From NCBI GenBank assembly GCA_964636355.1, contig CAZWRG010000001.1, forward strand, positions 41,687-105,686: DNA of 64,000 nt, given 5' to 3'. The DNA is from an uncultured Candidatus Saccharibacteria bacterium. GTDB lineage: Bacteria; Patescibacteriota; Saccharimonadia; Saccharimonadales; JAGQNK01. The notes under the pieces were generated by a model. It was not told the origin of the DNA. It did not search any database and saw only the letters and a list, made by a program, of their open reading frames with translations. Shown one piece after another: positions 26,093 to 35,166 of this stretch (position 1 is its first letter; every line of letters starts with the position of its first letter). A program made the translations under genes and the position numbers.

Positions 26093-28516
26093 CTAGGCAA
26101 CATGCCAGCCATTAGCGCTGATTTTAGTAAGGACCGCTCGTTCATTTTGAGATATTGAGGCCGTGCCAACTGCTGTTGCGCCAGCACCAGCTTCAATACT
26201 AACTACCCCTGTGCCTAAGTTAATAACCGGGATTATAGCTCCCACCGGAATGGCGGCAGCGCTATTTTGGGGCAAACTAAGAGTCGAAGCCGAGCCATTA
26301 TTCATAGTAATTTGCTTACCTGCATCGCTTAACACCAATGTGTAGCTAGTGCCGGTCTGAGCATTTATGGCTGGTGCAATATTAGCCTGCAGAGTGCCCT
26401 CACCCTTGTTTATGGTAAGTTGAGCAGCACCGTTCCTAGAAAGATGAAGATCTTGCGCGCTAGTACCAGGACCTAGACTAATGGTTGTGCTTGGTAAACT
26501 AAATGCTAGTGTTGCAAGGGTATGGTTTACTACCGCAAAATTAGGGTTAGGACTGTTATCATAAACATTAAATCCTGGAGACCCTAGGAGTGAAGTAATT
26601 TCCACTTTTCCGGCTGCTTGTTGCCAGGTTTTAGTTGATGCCGAGAGGCTGGCTGTGACCTGAGAAATATCATAATCTGAACGACTGGTGTGGGCATAGG
26701 CTTGACCAATAGGGTCACCGCCGACCACCGCTGATACATGCCTGGATATCATGTGCCTTATGTATTCGCCAGGATGAACATTATCACTGCTATATACACC
26801 TTCAGGGTCGCCCATAGTACTATAATCACCAACCCCCAGAGAGCCATCAATAAGCCCTACGGACAGATTGGCGGCCAGCTGTCGCCCAACTTCTGCCTCT
26901 GCCCTGGTAAATACCTCATTTATGTAAGGAATCCATAGTGCTATATCGCACGAAGCTACAGACCTAATTGCATTAATTAGACCCGTGATCTTGGTTTCAT
27001 ATAAAGATGTGTCTGCTGCGGTTCCATCATTTGTCCCGGTAGATATAATCACTAAATCAGGCTGTAAGTTGTCAATTAGGTCTAAGCCAGCGAAAGAGTT
27101 ATTGGTAAAGTAATCACTGGCTGCTCCCGAACGAGAAACGTTAAAGACTCTAACTCCCCTGTTTTTGGTACTAGAATGAAAGTATACACCCTCAAGTATC
27201 ACGGTCTGTCCGCCAGTACAAATTGCCGTTAGATGAATATCATGATCGCTATAACTTAGCTCATCAGACGTCCAGATTTGTGAGGCTTTTTGAGCCCCGG
27301 AAGTGTCTATAGTGTGCAGTAAAGTGCCACCAGCACCACCGTCTCTAACTTCTATTAGACCACCAGTAGGCTGACTATTATAGATTATAGAAATAGCATC
27401 CGTTTTGGCCGTATGGGAAGCAATCTGACCGTTAGTCATTGATACCGAGTAGCCACCGATACCAGCCTGAACATCAGAGCCCTCACAAACATTTAACCTA
27501 CCAATGCCGGTTGCCGCTTTAGCATAGAGCATAAATCCAGCACTAGCTCTGGTCCCCCCAATGTAACTCAAGTCTTTAATAAGTCTGTTTGGCCAACAAG
27601 TGGTTCCGCCTAATGCTGATATTGAATCTCCAACTACTACGATGTTAACCGGAGAGGTTGGGGCATTGCTCAAAGCGGTAAACCAATTGTCTAAATTTTT
27701 CGGCCTAATATAGACACCTTCAGCTAATCCAGTGGCCTGGGTACTGCCAGAAACTGAGTTATCAACATATGCCTTGACAGCTTTTTGTGAAGGATATCGT
27801 TCGTCACTATTTGCCGTTAGGCTGCCGTCTGTATCCTTATTTGAAACATCTTCCTTAAGATCGAGGGCCTGCTCGGTAGCAGTTGAAAGTGGCTTATCGC
27901 TATCTGCTGTATTGTCGACATTCGATAAACCAACACTACTTTTATCAATTGAAACTGCGCCCGTCTGACCATTAACCGAAGCAACTGCGTTAACCTCTGC
28001 CCCATCTTGAATACCTTCTAGTTTGGATTTTTCAGCAGTTGTGAAGGACGCTGTAATATCATCAAGAACAGCCTGATTAGGATGACTATGTCTGGATGAA
28101 GTGTTAGCCGTGACGTCCGCATGACTTGACACCGCAGCGGCAAAATCAGTTATATCACTTGCTTGGTGATCATGGTTAGCGTCAGCTTTGTCAGCTAAGG
28201 CCGGGACTGTCGGGCTGGCAGCTGTTCCGCCAAGATCTCCAGTCAACTGAACTAGGCCAGGGGTTGTACCGTTAGCCAACGGAGCCCCTGAAGTAGCTAC
28301 CGAATCTACGTAAGCTTTATTTGCAGCATCAGTATTATCTACTGGGCTAGGAACTGTTACGCTACCAGTAAAAGTTGGATTGTTTAATGGAGCTAAGTTG
28401 CCTATTGTTCCAGATGTTTTTAGAGAGCCATCCTGATTATGTTCAACCGACAGGAATTCATTGAGCAAAGTACCCCATTTACCCTTGTCACCGCCTGGTT
28501 CTGGTAGTCTAGCCAT
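26093..28516 (-). CDS. Phage-tail-fibre-like protein with an SGNH/GDSL esterase domain
   Basis: Fibre-type repeats (APLNNPTFTG, AANKAYVD, SVNGQTGAV, VGLSNVDNT, SQKAVKAYVD); SGNH blocks GDSIS, G, GTND, DNVHP. Confidence 0.75.
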   Translation of the reverse strand: MARLPEPGGDKGKWGTLLNEFLSVEHNQDGSLKTSGTIGNLAPLNNPTFTGSVTVPSPVDNTDAANKAYVDSVATSGAPLANGTTPGLVQLTGDLGGTAASPTVPALADKADANHDHQASDITDFAAAVSSHADVTANTSSRHSHPNQAVLDDITASFTTAEKSKLEGIQDGAEVNAVASVNGQTGAVSIDKSSVGLSNVDNTADSDKPLSTATEQALDLKEDVSNKDTDGSLTANSDERYPSQKAVKAYVDNSVSGSTQATGLAEGVYIRPKNLDNWFTALSNAPTSPVNIVVVGDSISALGGTTCWPNRLIKDLSYIGGTRASAGFMLYAKAATGIGRLNVCEGSDVQAGIGGYSVSMTNGQIASHTAKTDAISIIYNSQPTGGLIEVRDGGAGGTLLHTIDTSGAQKASQIWTSDELSYSDHDIHLTAICTGGQTVILEGVYFHSSTKNRGVRVFNVSRSGAASDYFTNNSFAGLDLIDNLQPDLVIISTGTNDGTAADTSLYETKITGLINAIRSVASCDIALWIPYINEVFTRAEAEVGRQLAANLSVGLIDGSLGVGDYSTMGDPEGVYSSDNVHPGEYIRHMISRHVSAVVGGDPIGQAYAHTSRSDYDISQVTASLSASTKTWQQAAGKVEITSLLGSPGFNVYDNSPNPNFAVVNHTLATLAFSLPSTTISLGPGTSAQDLHLSRNGAAQLTINKGEGTLQANIAPAINAQTGTSYTLVLSDAGKQITMNNGSASTLSLPQNSAAAIPVGAIIPVINLGTGVVSIEAGAGATAVGTASISQNERAVLTKISANGWHVA

Positions 28517-28598
28517 TTTTTTATCTCTATATTACGTCTTATGTATCATATAACTGCCAAACCCCTGCAGTCAAGCCGCTAAAGCTTAAAGAAAACTG

Positions 28599-29276
28599 TC
28601 AAAGAGTGATTAAATCACGCTTCAAGTCTAGCTCAGCAATTGCCCTAGAATCGCTAATACTAAAATCACCTACGCTGATACGCCGAAGATCAGTCATATA
28701 AGCCCCAACCGCCAGTTTTTGCCCAACGTCCCGAACCAAGCTTCTGATATAAGTGCCGCTAGATACATCTGCCATAAAACTGACAAACGGATAATCATAT
28801 TTTAAGTCGGTGATTGAGCGAATATTAACCAGTCGTGGCTCCAGTTTGACGTCCTTGCCTTCTCGAGCCAACTTGTAAGCCCGCTTACCATCTACCTTGA
28901 TGGCCGAATAAATCGGCGGAATTTGCTCAATTTCGCCCACAAATTGCTGCAAAGTGGCCTCTAGTTCTGATTGACTGATGATTTTTTGGTGATCACTTTT
29001 TGTCTTGTCACCCTCTTCGTCATCAGTGGTGCTGGTCTCACCAAGCTTCATGGTTACTTGATAGGTTTTATCTAGTTTCGAGAACTCCTGGGCCCTTTTG
29101 CAGTACGAACCGACCGTCAACACCAACAGTCCGGTGGCTAACGGATCTAAAGTGCCGGTGTGGCCAACTTTTGGCTTTTTTTGACCAGTTTCTTGCTTGA
29201 TAACTCCCCTAACCTTGGCGACCACGTCAAAACTGGTCCAGCCTTTTGGCTTATCAATCAGCAATAATCCATCCAT
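28599..29276 (-). CDS. truB: tRNA pseudouridine(55) synthase
   Basis: DKPKGWTSFDVV, KVGHTGTLDPLATG, PPIYSAIK, SSGTYIRSL. Confidence 0.97.
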   Translation of the reverse strand: MDGLLLIDKPKGWTSFDVVAKVRGVIKQETGQKKPKVGHTGTLDPLATGLLVLTVGSYCKRAQEFSKLDKTYQVTMKLGETSTTDDEEGDKTKSDHQKIISQSELEATLQQFVGEIEQIPPIYSAIKVDGKRAYKLAREGKDVKLEPRLVNIRSITDLKYDYPFVSFMADVSSGTYIRSLVRDVGQKLAVGAYMTDLRRISVGDFSISDSRAIAELDLKRDLITL

Positions 29277-29317
29277 GGATGTTATGTTACCAGTTTTACT
29301 TATGAATTCTTAAATGA

Positions 29318-31186
29318 TTAAGAATTTGGCGGCGGCATTAGCGGCGGCGGAACCGGTGGTGGTGAACCTGCCGACGTGCCAGGCGCGGCCGTTTCATCCT
29401 GCGGCATGGGCCGGTTTTTATCGATTAGATTTTCAGGATAGCTAATTGTACCTTCGGTATCGATATGAATATTTGGGGTGTCTTTGCTTGGATCAGCTTC
29501 GGAGTCGGCTGCTGGCTGGGCATCACTGGCGGAGCCCTCCTCATGCGGAACATCTAACCGACCGTCAGCCCCTAGGGCTTCAATTGGCTTGGTTGGCTCT
29601 TCCTGAGCGGTATTAATCGCATTATCAACCTGACTTCTTATTTCATCAATATTGGCTGGCTCGGTAGCTGGTTCACTTGCCGGCTGGTCATCGATTGGAT
29701 TTGAAGGAGGAGTAGCTTCATCTTTCGGCTGATCGCCCTGATTAGCAGGCGCTTGTGTGTTATCAGCTTCTGCTTGATGAGGACTGCTAACGGCTGCCTC
29801 AATATCTTCTAAAGTCCGATTGTCTGGCTGAGGCGCTGCTGGCGATGACTGCTCTTGATTAGTGGCCTCTGTAGCCGCTTCGGCTTTTACCTGATCGACA
29901 GCTTCGGGATTATCAGGATTGTCATTTTTAATTGCTTCTAGGGCTGGCTTTTCGTGGTCCAATAATGGCCGGTTATCAATATGCGGCGTCTTTAAAACTG
30001 ACTCTTCGCCAGTTACCCGGTCCGCGGCAGCACTTAATGGACCGCCAGTACTTGGCGGCTGGGAAACAAATTTCAGATCAGCTGGTGATTGAATTCGCGA
30101 AGAATCACCGGTTGGCCGAGCTTCACTGATAATTGGACGAGTCGGGGTATCTACAAAGCTGCGATGATTATTTTTTTGATCATCGGCCGGCTGGTCATCA
30201 GACTGCTCGGTCACAGCAGCCGGTTGAGACTGATCTGTTTGATTGTCGGCTTGCGGCTCGTCACTTGGCTCAGGCAATTCCGACATTTCTAAATCAGCTG
30301 GCGCCTCTTTTAAGTCATCGTTAGCTTCAGCTTGGTCGTCATTTAAATGTTCAATGTGCAGTGAGCCGTCTTCAGCAATTGTGGCCTCTGGTAAATCGAC
30401 CTCTTCTTCTGATTCAGAGTTGTTTTCAGGCTTCGGGGGTTCAACTGGCGCTTCAAGTTTAGTTACTACCAGTTGCTGATTGGCGCCGGCAGCCATTAAT
30501 TTAGCGCTCATATTCATAGTAATCGAAGTGGTTTTTTCATTACTAAACCGATCAGTTTCAGCGATTATTCCGGTCAACAGCGCAGTTGCCATCTGTTCAT
30601 CGAGGCTGTTTTCTTTGATTAGATCACTCAGACCAACCACCATTTCACACAAGCTGCTTGCCTCGGGGTCAATCCAGTTAATGCTGCCCATTTCGGAACT
30701 ATCATCAGTGTTGATGGTAGTTACCGTGGCGTCGTGAAGAATTCGGCCATGAGCGGTAATCGCCTGATCCAGATCATCGCGGGTTTGCACCCCTAGCGCC
30801 ACCACAACATCAACATTAAAATCGCCCTGGCTAAAGATTAAATCATCTTCGCCAATCGAGGACTTGTAAGGAGTTATAAAGATTTTCACCATGCGGTCTT
30901 CAACCTTATAGCGAATCTTATCAGCCTTGTTCTTATCCAGCGAAATTATAAAATCGCGCAGTGAATCGGTGTTGGTTTCGATAGTCTCATCAGGGCTCAA
31001 GAACTCAATTGTAGACGGCACCTCGCCACTAAACACGGCCGTAGCGTGCTTTTTGAGCTTGTTGAGCATCAGCGTTAGACCAATGGCCGCCGCCAGCTGG
31101 TCAACCGACGGATTGGTGCTAACTGTTATCAGCACGTTATTGGCTTCTTGAATGCGCTGGGCTAATTGATGTTTTGGATTGTCCAT
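29318..31186 (-). CDS. DHH/NrnA-like protein lacking catalytic motifs, with a long acidic Pro-rich tail
   Basis: NPSVDQLAAAIGL, ASSLCEMV, ATALLTGIIAETDRF resemble the DHH family; no DHH triad; about 370 disordered residues. Confidence 0.7.
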   Translation of the reverse strand: MDNPKHQLAQRIQEANNVLITVSTNPSVDQLAAAIGLTLMLNKLKKHATAVFSGEVPSTIEFLSPDETIETNTDSLRDFIISLDKNKADKIRYKVEDRMVKIFITPYKSSIGEDDLIFSQGDFNVDVVVALGVQTRDDLDQAITAHGRILHDATVTTINTDDSSEMGSINWIDPEASSLCEMVVGLSDLIKENSLDEQMATALLTGIIAETDRFSNEKTTSITMNMSAKLMAAGANQQLVVTKLEAPVEPPKPENNSESEEEVDLPEATIAEDGSLHIEHLNDDQAEANDDLKEAPADLEMSELPEPSDEPQADNQTDQSQPAAVTEQSDDQPADDQKNNHRSFVDTPTRPIISEARPTGDSSRIQSPADLKFVSQPPSTGGPLSAAADRVTGEESVLKTPHIDNRPLLDHEKPALEAIKNDNPDNPEAVDQVKAEAATEATNQEQSSPAAPQPDNRTLEDIEAAVSSPHQAEADNTQAPANQGDQPKDEATPPSNPIDDQPASEPATEPANIDEIRSQVDNAINTAQEEPTKPIEALGADGRLDVPHEEGSASDAQPAADSEADPSKDTPNIHIDTEGTISYPENLIDKNRPMPQDETAAPGTSAGSPPPVPPPLMPPPNS

Positions 31187-31322
31187 TTTGTTTTGTTTAT
31201 TTTTGATTTACTCTCCTTAAAAGCTATCATAAACTTAAGCAATTAGCAAGCCCTAAATCAGTTTTGCCCCAAATAATCGCTCGCTTAATTTCATCAAAAT
31301 TTAAAACCCTGAGGCTAAACTC

Positions 31323-31351
31323 TTTACAAACTGAGGTCAAAACGTTATAGT
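31323..31351 (+). promoter_or_regulatory. Promoter of rpsT
   Basis: TTTACA-17 nt-TATAGT. Confidence 0.7.
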
Positions 31352-31391
31352 CTAGCTTTGAGAATTTATAAATCCTAAGAAGGAACAATTA

Positions 31392-31781
31392 ATGCCAATT
31401 ATTAAATCAGCTAAAAAACGTGTTCGCGTGGCCCGAAAAGCTACAATTCGAAACGTCAAAACTAAGCGAACAATCAAATCTACCCTGAAAGCCTTTCAAA
31501 CGGCTGTTACCGGTGGTAAAAATGCCTCTGAAGCCAAGAGCAAAGCTCAAGGAGCACTCGATACAGCGGCTAAGAAAAAGGTCATGCACAAAAATAAAGT
31601 TGCCCGCAAACAGCGGCAACTAGCCGCTGCTGCAAAAGCTGCTGGCGTAAAAACAGCGGCCAAAAAGCCTACAGCCAAGAAAGCTGCACCAGCTAAGAAG
31701 ACCACCACCGCTAAAAAATCTCCTGCTAAAAAACCAGCAGCTAAGAAAACCACTGCTGCCAAGAAAACAACCAAGAAATAA
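31392..31781 (+). CDS. rpsT: 30S ribosomal protein S20 with a Lys/Ala-rich C-terminal extension
   Basis: MPIIKSAKKRVR, LDTAAKKKVMHKNKVAR. Confidence 0.95.
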   Translation: MPIIKSAKKRVRVARKATIRNVKTKRTIKSTLKAFQTAVTGGKNASEAKSKAQGALDTAAKKKVMHKNKVARKQRQLAAAAKAAGVKTAAKKPTAKKAAPAKKTTTAKKSPAKKPAAKKTTAAKKTTKK

Positions 31782-31801
31782 CTCTTTAATTTTAGCCGGT
31801 C

Positions 31802-31833
31802 AAAAAACCGTTACCAGTCGGTGGCGGTTTTTT
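31802..31833. terminator. Bidirectional intrinsic terminator between rpsT and holA
   Basis: aaaaaaccgttacc-agtc-ggtggcggtttttt. Confidence 0.85.
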
Positions 31834-32752
31834 ATTTGCCAATACTCACCAGCAAATTGGTCAGTGCCTGATCAGCGTCAATTGGCTGGCTTTTTAATTT
31901 AATGTCCAGCTCCAGCGACTGGCTAATCAGCCGTTTTATCTGCACTAGACTCAACTTTTTAGCCAGGTTTTGGCTTTTGCTAACCACATATGGATTAATT
32001 TTTGCCTGCTTGGCTATTTCGGAAGAGCTGCGGCTGCCAGCCGTTTTGACAATTGCTAAAACATGTAGCTGCCAGGCTAAAAGCGCCAAAATCTGTTGCG
32101 GCTCGACTTTCAAAAATCGCTGTTGATCATATAACTCCAAGGCTTTTTGGGATTGACCGTTTAAGGCGGCATCTAGAAGTTCAAAGATCGTACTTTGCGG
32201 TGTTTTATCTGTTAAAAGATCAATTGCTTGACGATTAATCTGCGGATTATAAGTAATCAGCTTTGTAATTTCATGGCTCAGCAGTTGCTGATTCTGCCCT
32301 ACTCTCTCAACCAAATAACGAGCATCATTAGCACTTAAACTGCCGCCACCAAGCTCGGCCCAAGAAGAGGCCCATTCAACCAAGCCTCGCTGATCAGGCT
32401 CTTTAAATTCATTCATCTGAGCATTTTTCTTTAAGAACTTGTAGTAGCTTAGCCGCTTATCAAGTTTTGGCTCGACCAAAATGACATCTGTAGTTTCTGG
32501 AACGGACGCTAATAGTTCAGCTGACTTTTCTAAAAATTCTTTATTTGAGCTGGGTTGAGTTAAAACTACTAGTTTTTTACTAGCCAAAAACGGCAAACTC
32601 TCCAGAGCCTCTCGAATTTTGTCATAACTGGCTTCCTCGCCATCAAGCTGCTCCAGCCCCATATCGGTGTATTCGGCTTCAAACAGCCCAATCAACCGAT
32701 TAAGCTCAGCTCTAAGCAAAAAAGAATTTTCTCCGGTTAACACTGTAGTCAT
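31832..32752 (-). CDS. holA: DNA polymerase III delta subunit
   Basis: LTGEN, SLPFLASKKLVV, EITKL, IFELLDA, LDIKLK. Confidence 0.9.
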   Translation of the reverse strand: MTTVLTGENSFLLRAELNRLIGLFEAEYTDMGLEQLDGEEASYDKIREALESLPFLASKKLVVLTQPSSNKEFLEKSAELLASVPETTDVILVEPKLDKRLSYYKFLKKNAQMNEFKEPDQRGLVEWASSWAELGGGSLSANDARYLVERVGQNQQLLSHEITKLITYNPQINRQAIDLLTDKTPQSTIFELLDAALNGQSQKALELYDQQRFLKVEPQQILALLAWQLHVLAIVKTAGSRSSSEIAKQAKINPYVVSKSQNLAKKLSLVQIKRLISQSLELDIKLKSQPIDADQALTNLLVSIGK

Positions 32753-32780
32753 GCAGTTTAATTATACCTTCGATTACAAA

Positions 32781-33716
32781 TTATTGAGCACTAGATTTTA
32801 GAACCTGGCACTTGGGGCAAATATGAGTTCCGCGGCCAGCAACCCGAATCTTAATAATTAGCGTTTCGGGGTGTCGTTTGCATGGCTGGCCTTCCCGCCT
32901 AAAGACCTTGGCAAAGCTTAAGTAGCTGCCCTTTTTTCCTTCAGCATTTACGTAGTTTTTATCGGAACTTCCGCCGCTGGCAATTGATAATTCCAGAACT
33001 TCTCGAATTTGATCAAATAATGTGTTCAATTTGCTTTTATCGATGTTAATCACTCGTGTTTCGGGGTGTATTTTGGCGCCCCATAAGCTTTCGTCGGCAT
33101 AAATATTGCCAATCCCGGCAATCACTGTTTGGTCTAAAAGCACAGCTTTTATAATGCTACTTTTGCGCCGCAAAAGTCGGGCGCGAAAGTCGGTTTTAGT
33201 AAAGTCAGCACTTAGCGGTTCAGGCCCAACCTTTTTCATAAAATCAATGTTTGGTACTTCAGCCGTGGGGATTAGCTTCATCCAGCCAAATTTACGTTGA
33301 TCATTAAAAAACAGTTTGCTGTCATCCTGAAATGTCAGGACCACTCTGGTGGATTTATCTGGCAGTTTGCCGATCAGCGAATCACTAGGATGCCCCGCCC
33401 CAAACCTAACCTCACTGCCTCTACTTTGTAACTTTTGACTTTCTACTTTTGACTTGCTGGTTTTTTTCACAAAAACAAGCTGACCAGTCATTTTTAGATG
33501 AATAACTAACGAATATTTGCTGTCCAGCTCAATTATCAACACTTTCGCTCGACGCTTAACTTCCAGGACTGCAGCACCAATCAAAAATTGGCTGACATCT
33601 GGCTGACTATTCGGAAAGCTCTTCGGCCAATCATAATCTAGGTTAATAATTTTCTTTCCGGGCAGTAACTGCTGTAAACCAGCTCGGACAGTTTCGACTT
33701 CTGGTAATTCTGGCAT
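32781..33716 (-). CDS. mutM: Formamidopyrimidine-DNA glycosylase
   Basis: MPELPEVET, HLKMTGQ, DQRKFG, GIGNIYADESL, C-terminal zinc finger. Confidence 0.97.
   Translation of the reverse strand: MPELPEVETVRAGLQQLLPGKKIINLDYDWPKSFPNSQPDVSQFLIGAAVLEVKRRAKVLIIELDSKYSLVIHLKMTGQLVFVKKTSKSKVESQKLQSRGSEVRFGAGHPSDSLIGKLPDKSTRVVLTFQDDSKLFFNDQRKFGWMKLIPTAEVPNIDFMKKVGPEPLSADFTKTDFRARLLRRKSSIIKAVLLDQTVIAGIGNIYADESLWGAKIHPETRVINIDKSKLNTLFDQIREVLELSIASGGSSDKNYVNAEGKKGSYLSFAKVFRREGQPCKRHPETLIIKIRVAGRGTHICPKCQVLKSSAQ
33422..33457. repeat. Degenerate heptamer array inside mutM
   Basis: tactttgt aactttt gactttc tactttt gacttgc; encodes SKSKVESQKLQS. Confidence 0.7.
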
Positions 33717-33743
33717 AGCTCTATTTTACGCTACAATAAGTTT

Positions 33744-33983
33744 ATGACTAATTCTTTAGGGGATTTACTGCAGCCTGATAAATTTAAGGAACCGCCTGAA
33801 GTTCAGATTATCAAAGATTTTATTATCCAAAACTTTCAGCAAACACCTGTAGTTGGTGTGCTGCCTGGTCAAATTACAATCAGCATTAAGGGTGCTGCCC
33901 TAGCTGGAACGCTTCGGATGCGACTTCCGGAGTTAAAAGCCCTCTGCAACACTGATAAAAAACTAATCATCAGGATAATTTAA
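33744..33983 (+). CDS. Small protein, DciA/DUF721-like
   Basis: SLGDLL start, ITISIKGAALAGTLRMRLPEL and IIRI end resemble DUF721; -10 box lies 6 nt upstream. Confidence 0.5.
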   Translation: MTNSLGDLLQPDKFKEPPEVQIIKDFIIQNFQQTPVVGVLPGQITISIKGAALAGTLRMRLPELKALCNTDKKLIIRII

Positions 33984-33986
33984 GAT

Positions 33987-34445
33987 CTAAGCCACAAGTA
34001 GTCGATCCGACTGATGAAAACCTCTGTTGGCCAGGTTGCCGAGCAACCGAGCTTTTTGAAGCAGTAAAAAGCCCTGTTCTTTTGGATTTGTATCCAGCCG
34101 ATTATCTATCTCCGCTATGAATCTATCTTTTATTCCATCAATTTGCTGCTTGTCCTCGTCAGCTATTGTGCCGACTGGCAAAATGTCCGGCGCCCCAAGC
34201 AGCGCAAATAATCCATGGGTAACATCGGTGCCGCAAAACTCAACTTCTGCCGGTTTGTCAGGCTGTGACTGGCAGTCATTGTGACTTTTAATAACATAGC
34301 TGGCAGTACTGATCAGACCTGGAGGAGTGTTTTCGATCAGCATAGTGTCCTCCACCGCTTCAGCGACTCTTGCCAGTAGCGCAGTCTCGCTCAGGCTCAA
34401 CTTTACTGTCCATGACTGACGACCATAGTCTGGATCGATTTCCAT
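33987..34445 (-). CDS. Hypothetical protein
   Basis: 152-aa ORF with an aagga RBS and an upstream TTGACG..TATAAT promoter. Confidence 0.6.
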   Translation of the reverse strand: MEIDPDYGRQSWTVKLSLSETALLARVAEAVEDTMLIENTPPGLISTASYVIKSHNDCQSQPDKPAEVEFCGTDVTHGLFALLGAPDILPVGTIADEDKQQIDGIKDRFIAEIDNRLDTNPKEQGFLLLQKARLLGNLANRGFHQSDRLLVA

Positions 34446-34569
34446 GTCTTTTCCTTGTAAAAATTTAAAGTGTTTATGTTATTGGTGCTGATTACCATTA
34501 TAAAACCCACGTCAACAAAAGCATAAGAGTAATAGACACTTCGTCTTTTTATATCATGTATGGTATAAA

Positions 34570-35136
34570 TCAGAGTATTTTGCTAATATCTTTTTGGAAT
34601 GATTCCAGATCTCTGTAAATAATTGACTTCATGCCCAGCGCCTCGGCTTCTGTGCAGTATCTTTCTAGGTCATCTACCAACACGCATTCATCCAGCTCAA
34701 CACCCAGCCGACTGGCAATAAGTTCAAACATTCGATGGTCTGGCTTAACCAGCCGCGCCTCGTAAGACAGAGCCGAAGCGTCAATTAAACCAGCCTGGTC
34801 AGGTGTAAAAAGCTGACTCACGACATCATAATTAGCGTTACTTAGCAGGCCGATTTTATATTTGGGCTTCAGGCTTTTCCTGATGTAGTCAAACAGCTCA
34901 GTGTTGGGGACCTGTCTGCCAACCGCCTCTCTGAGCAGCTGTTCATCAACTCCAATTTTGGCTGAGGCTATTTTGAAATAATCATTTATGCCGATCATTC
35001 CGTAATCATTTTGCTTGCCAAGATCAGCAACTTCTTGAGCTAATTTTTGATTGTCACCAATGTATTTACGCTTAAAAGGCAGCCAGCCGTCTTCGGCCAG
35101 CACTCCAAAACAATCAAAAATAATCGCACGAGTCAT
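34570..35136 (-). CDS. HAD-family hydrolase
   Basis: IIFDCFGVL, LLSNA, KPD, LVDD motifs I-IV. Confidence 0.9.
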   Translation of the reverse strand: MTRAIIFDCFGVLAEDGWLPFKRKYIGDNQKLAQEVADLGKQNDYGMIGINDYFKIASAKIGVDEQLLREAVGRQVPNTELFDYIRKSLKPKYKIGLLSNANYDVVSQLFTPDQAGLIDASALSYEARLVKPDHRMFELIASRLGVELDECVLVDDLERYCTEAEALGMKSIIYRDLESFQKDISKIL

Positions 35137-35166
35137 GAAAAGAGTTTATCAAGTTGAATAATCGAA

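Noticed and set aside
26093-28516. Prophage
   Set aside because: It is a single fibre-like gene, with no integrase, terminase, capsid or att-like repeats.
31407-31774. Antisense ORFs over rpsT, including a hydrophobic 75-aa ORF
   Set aside because: These are mirror translations of the AKK-rich rpsT sequence.
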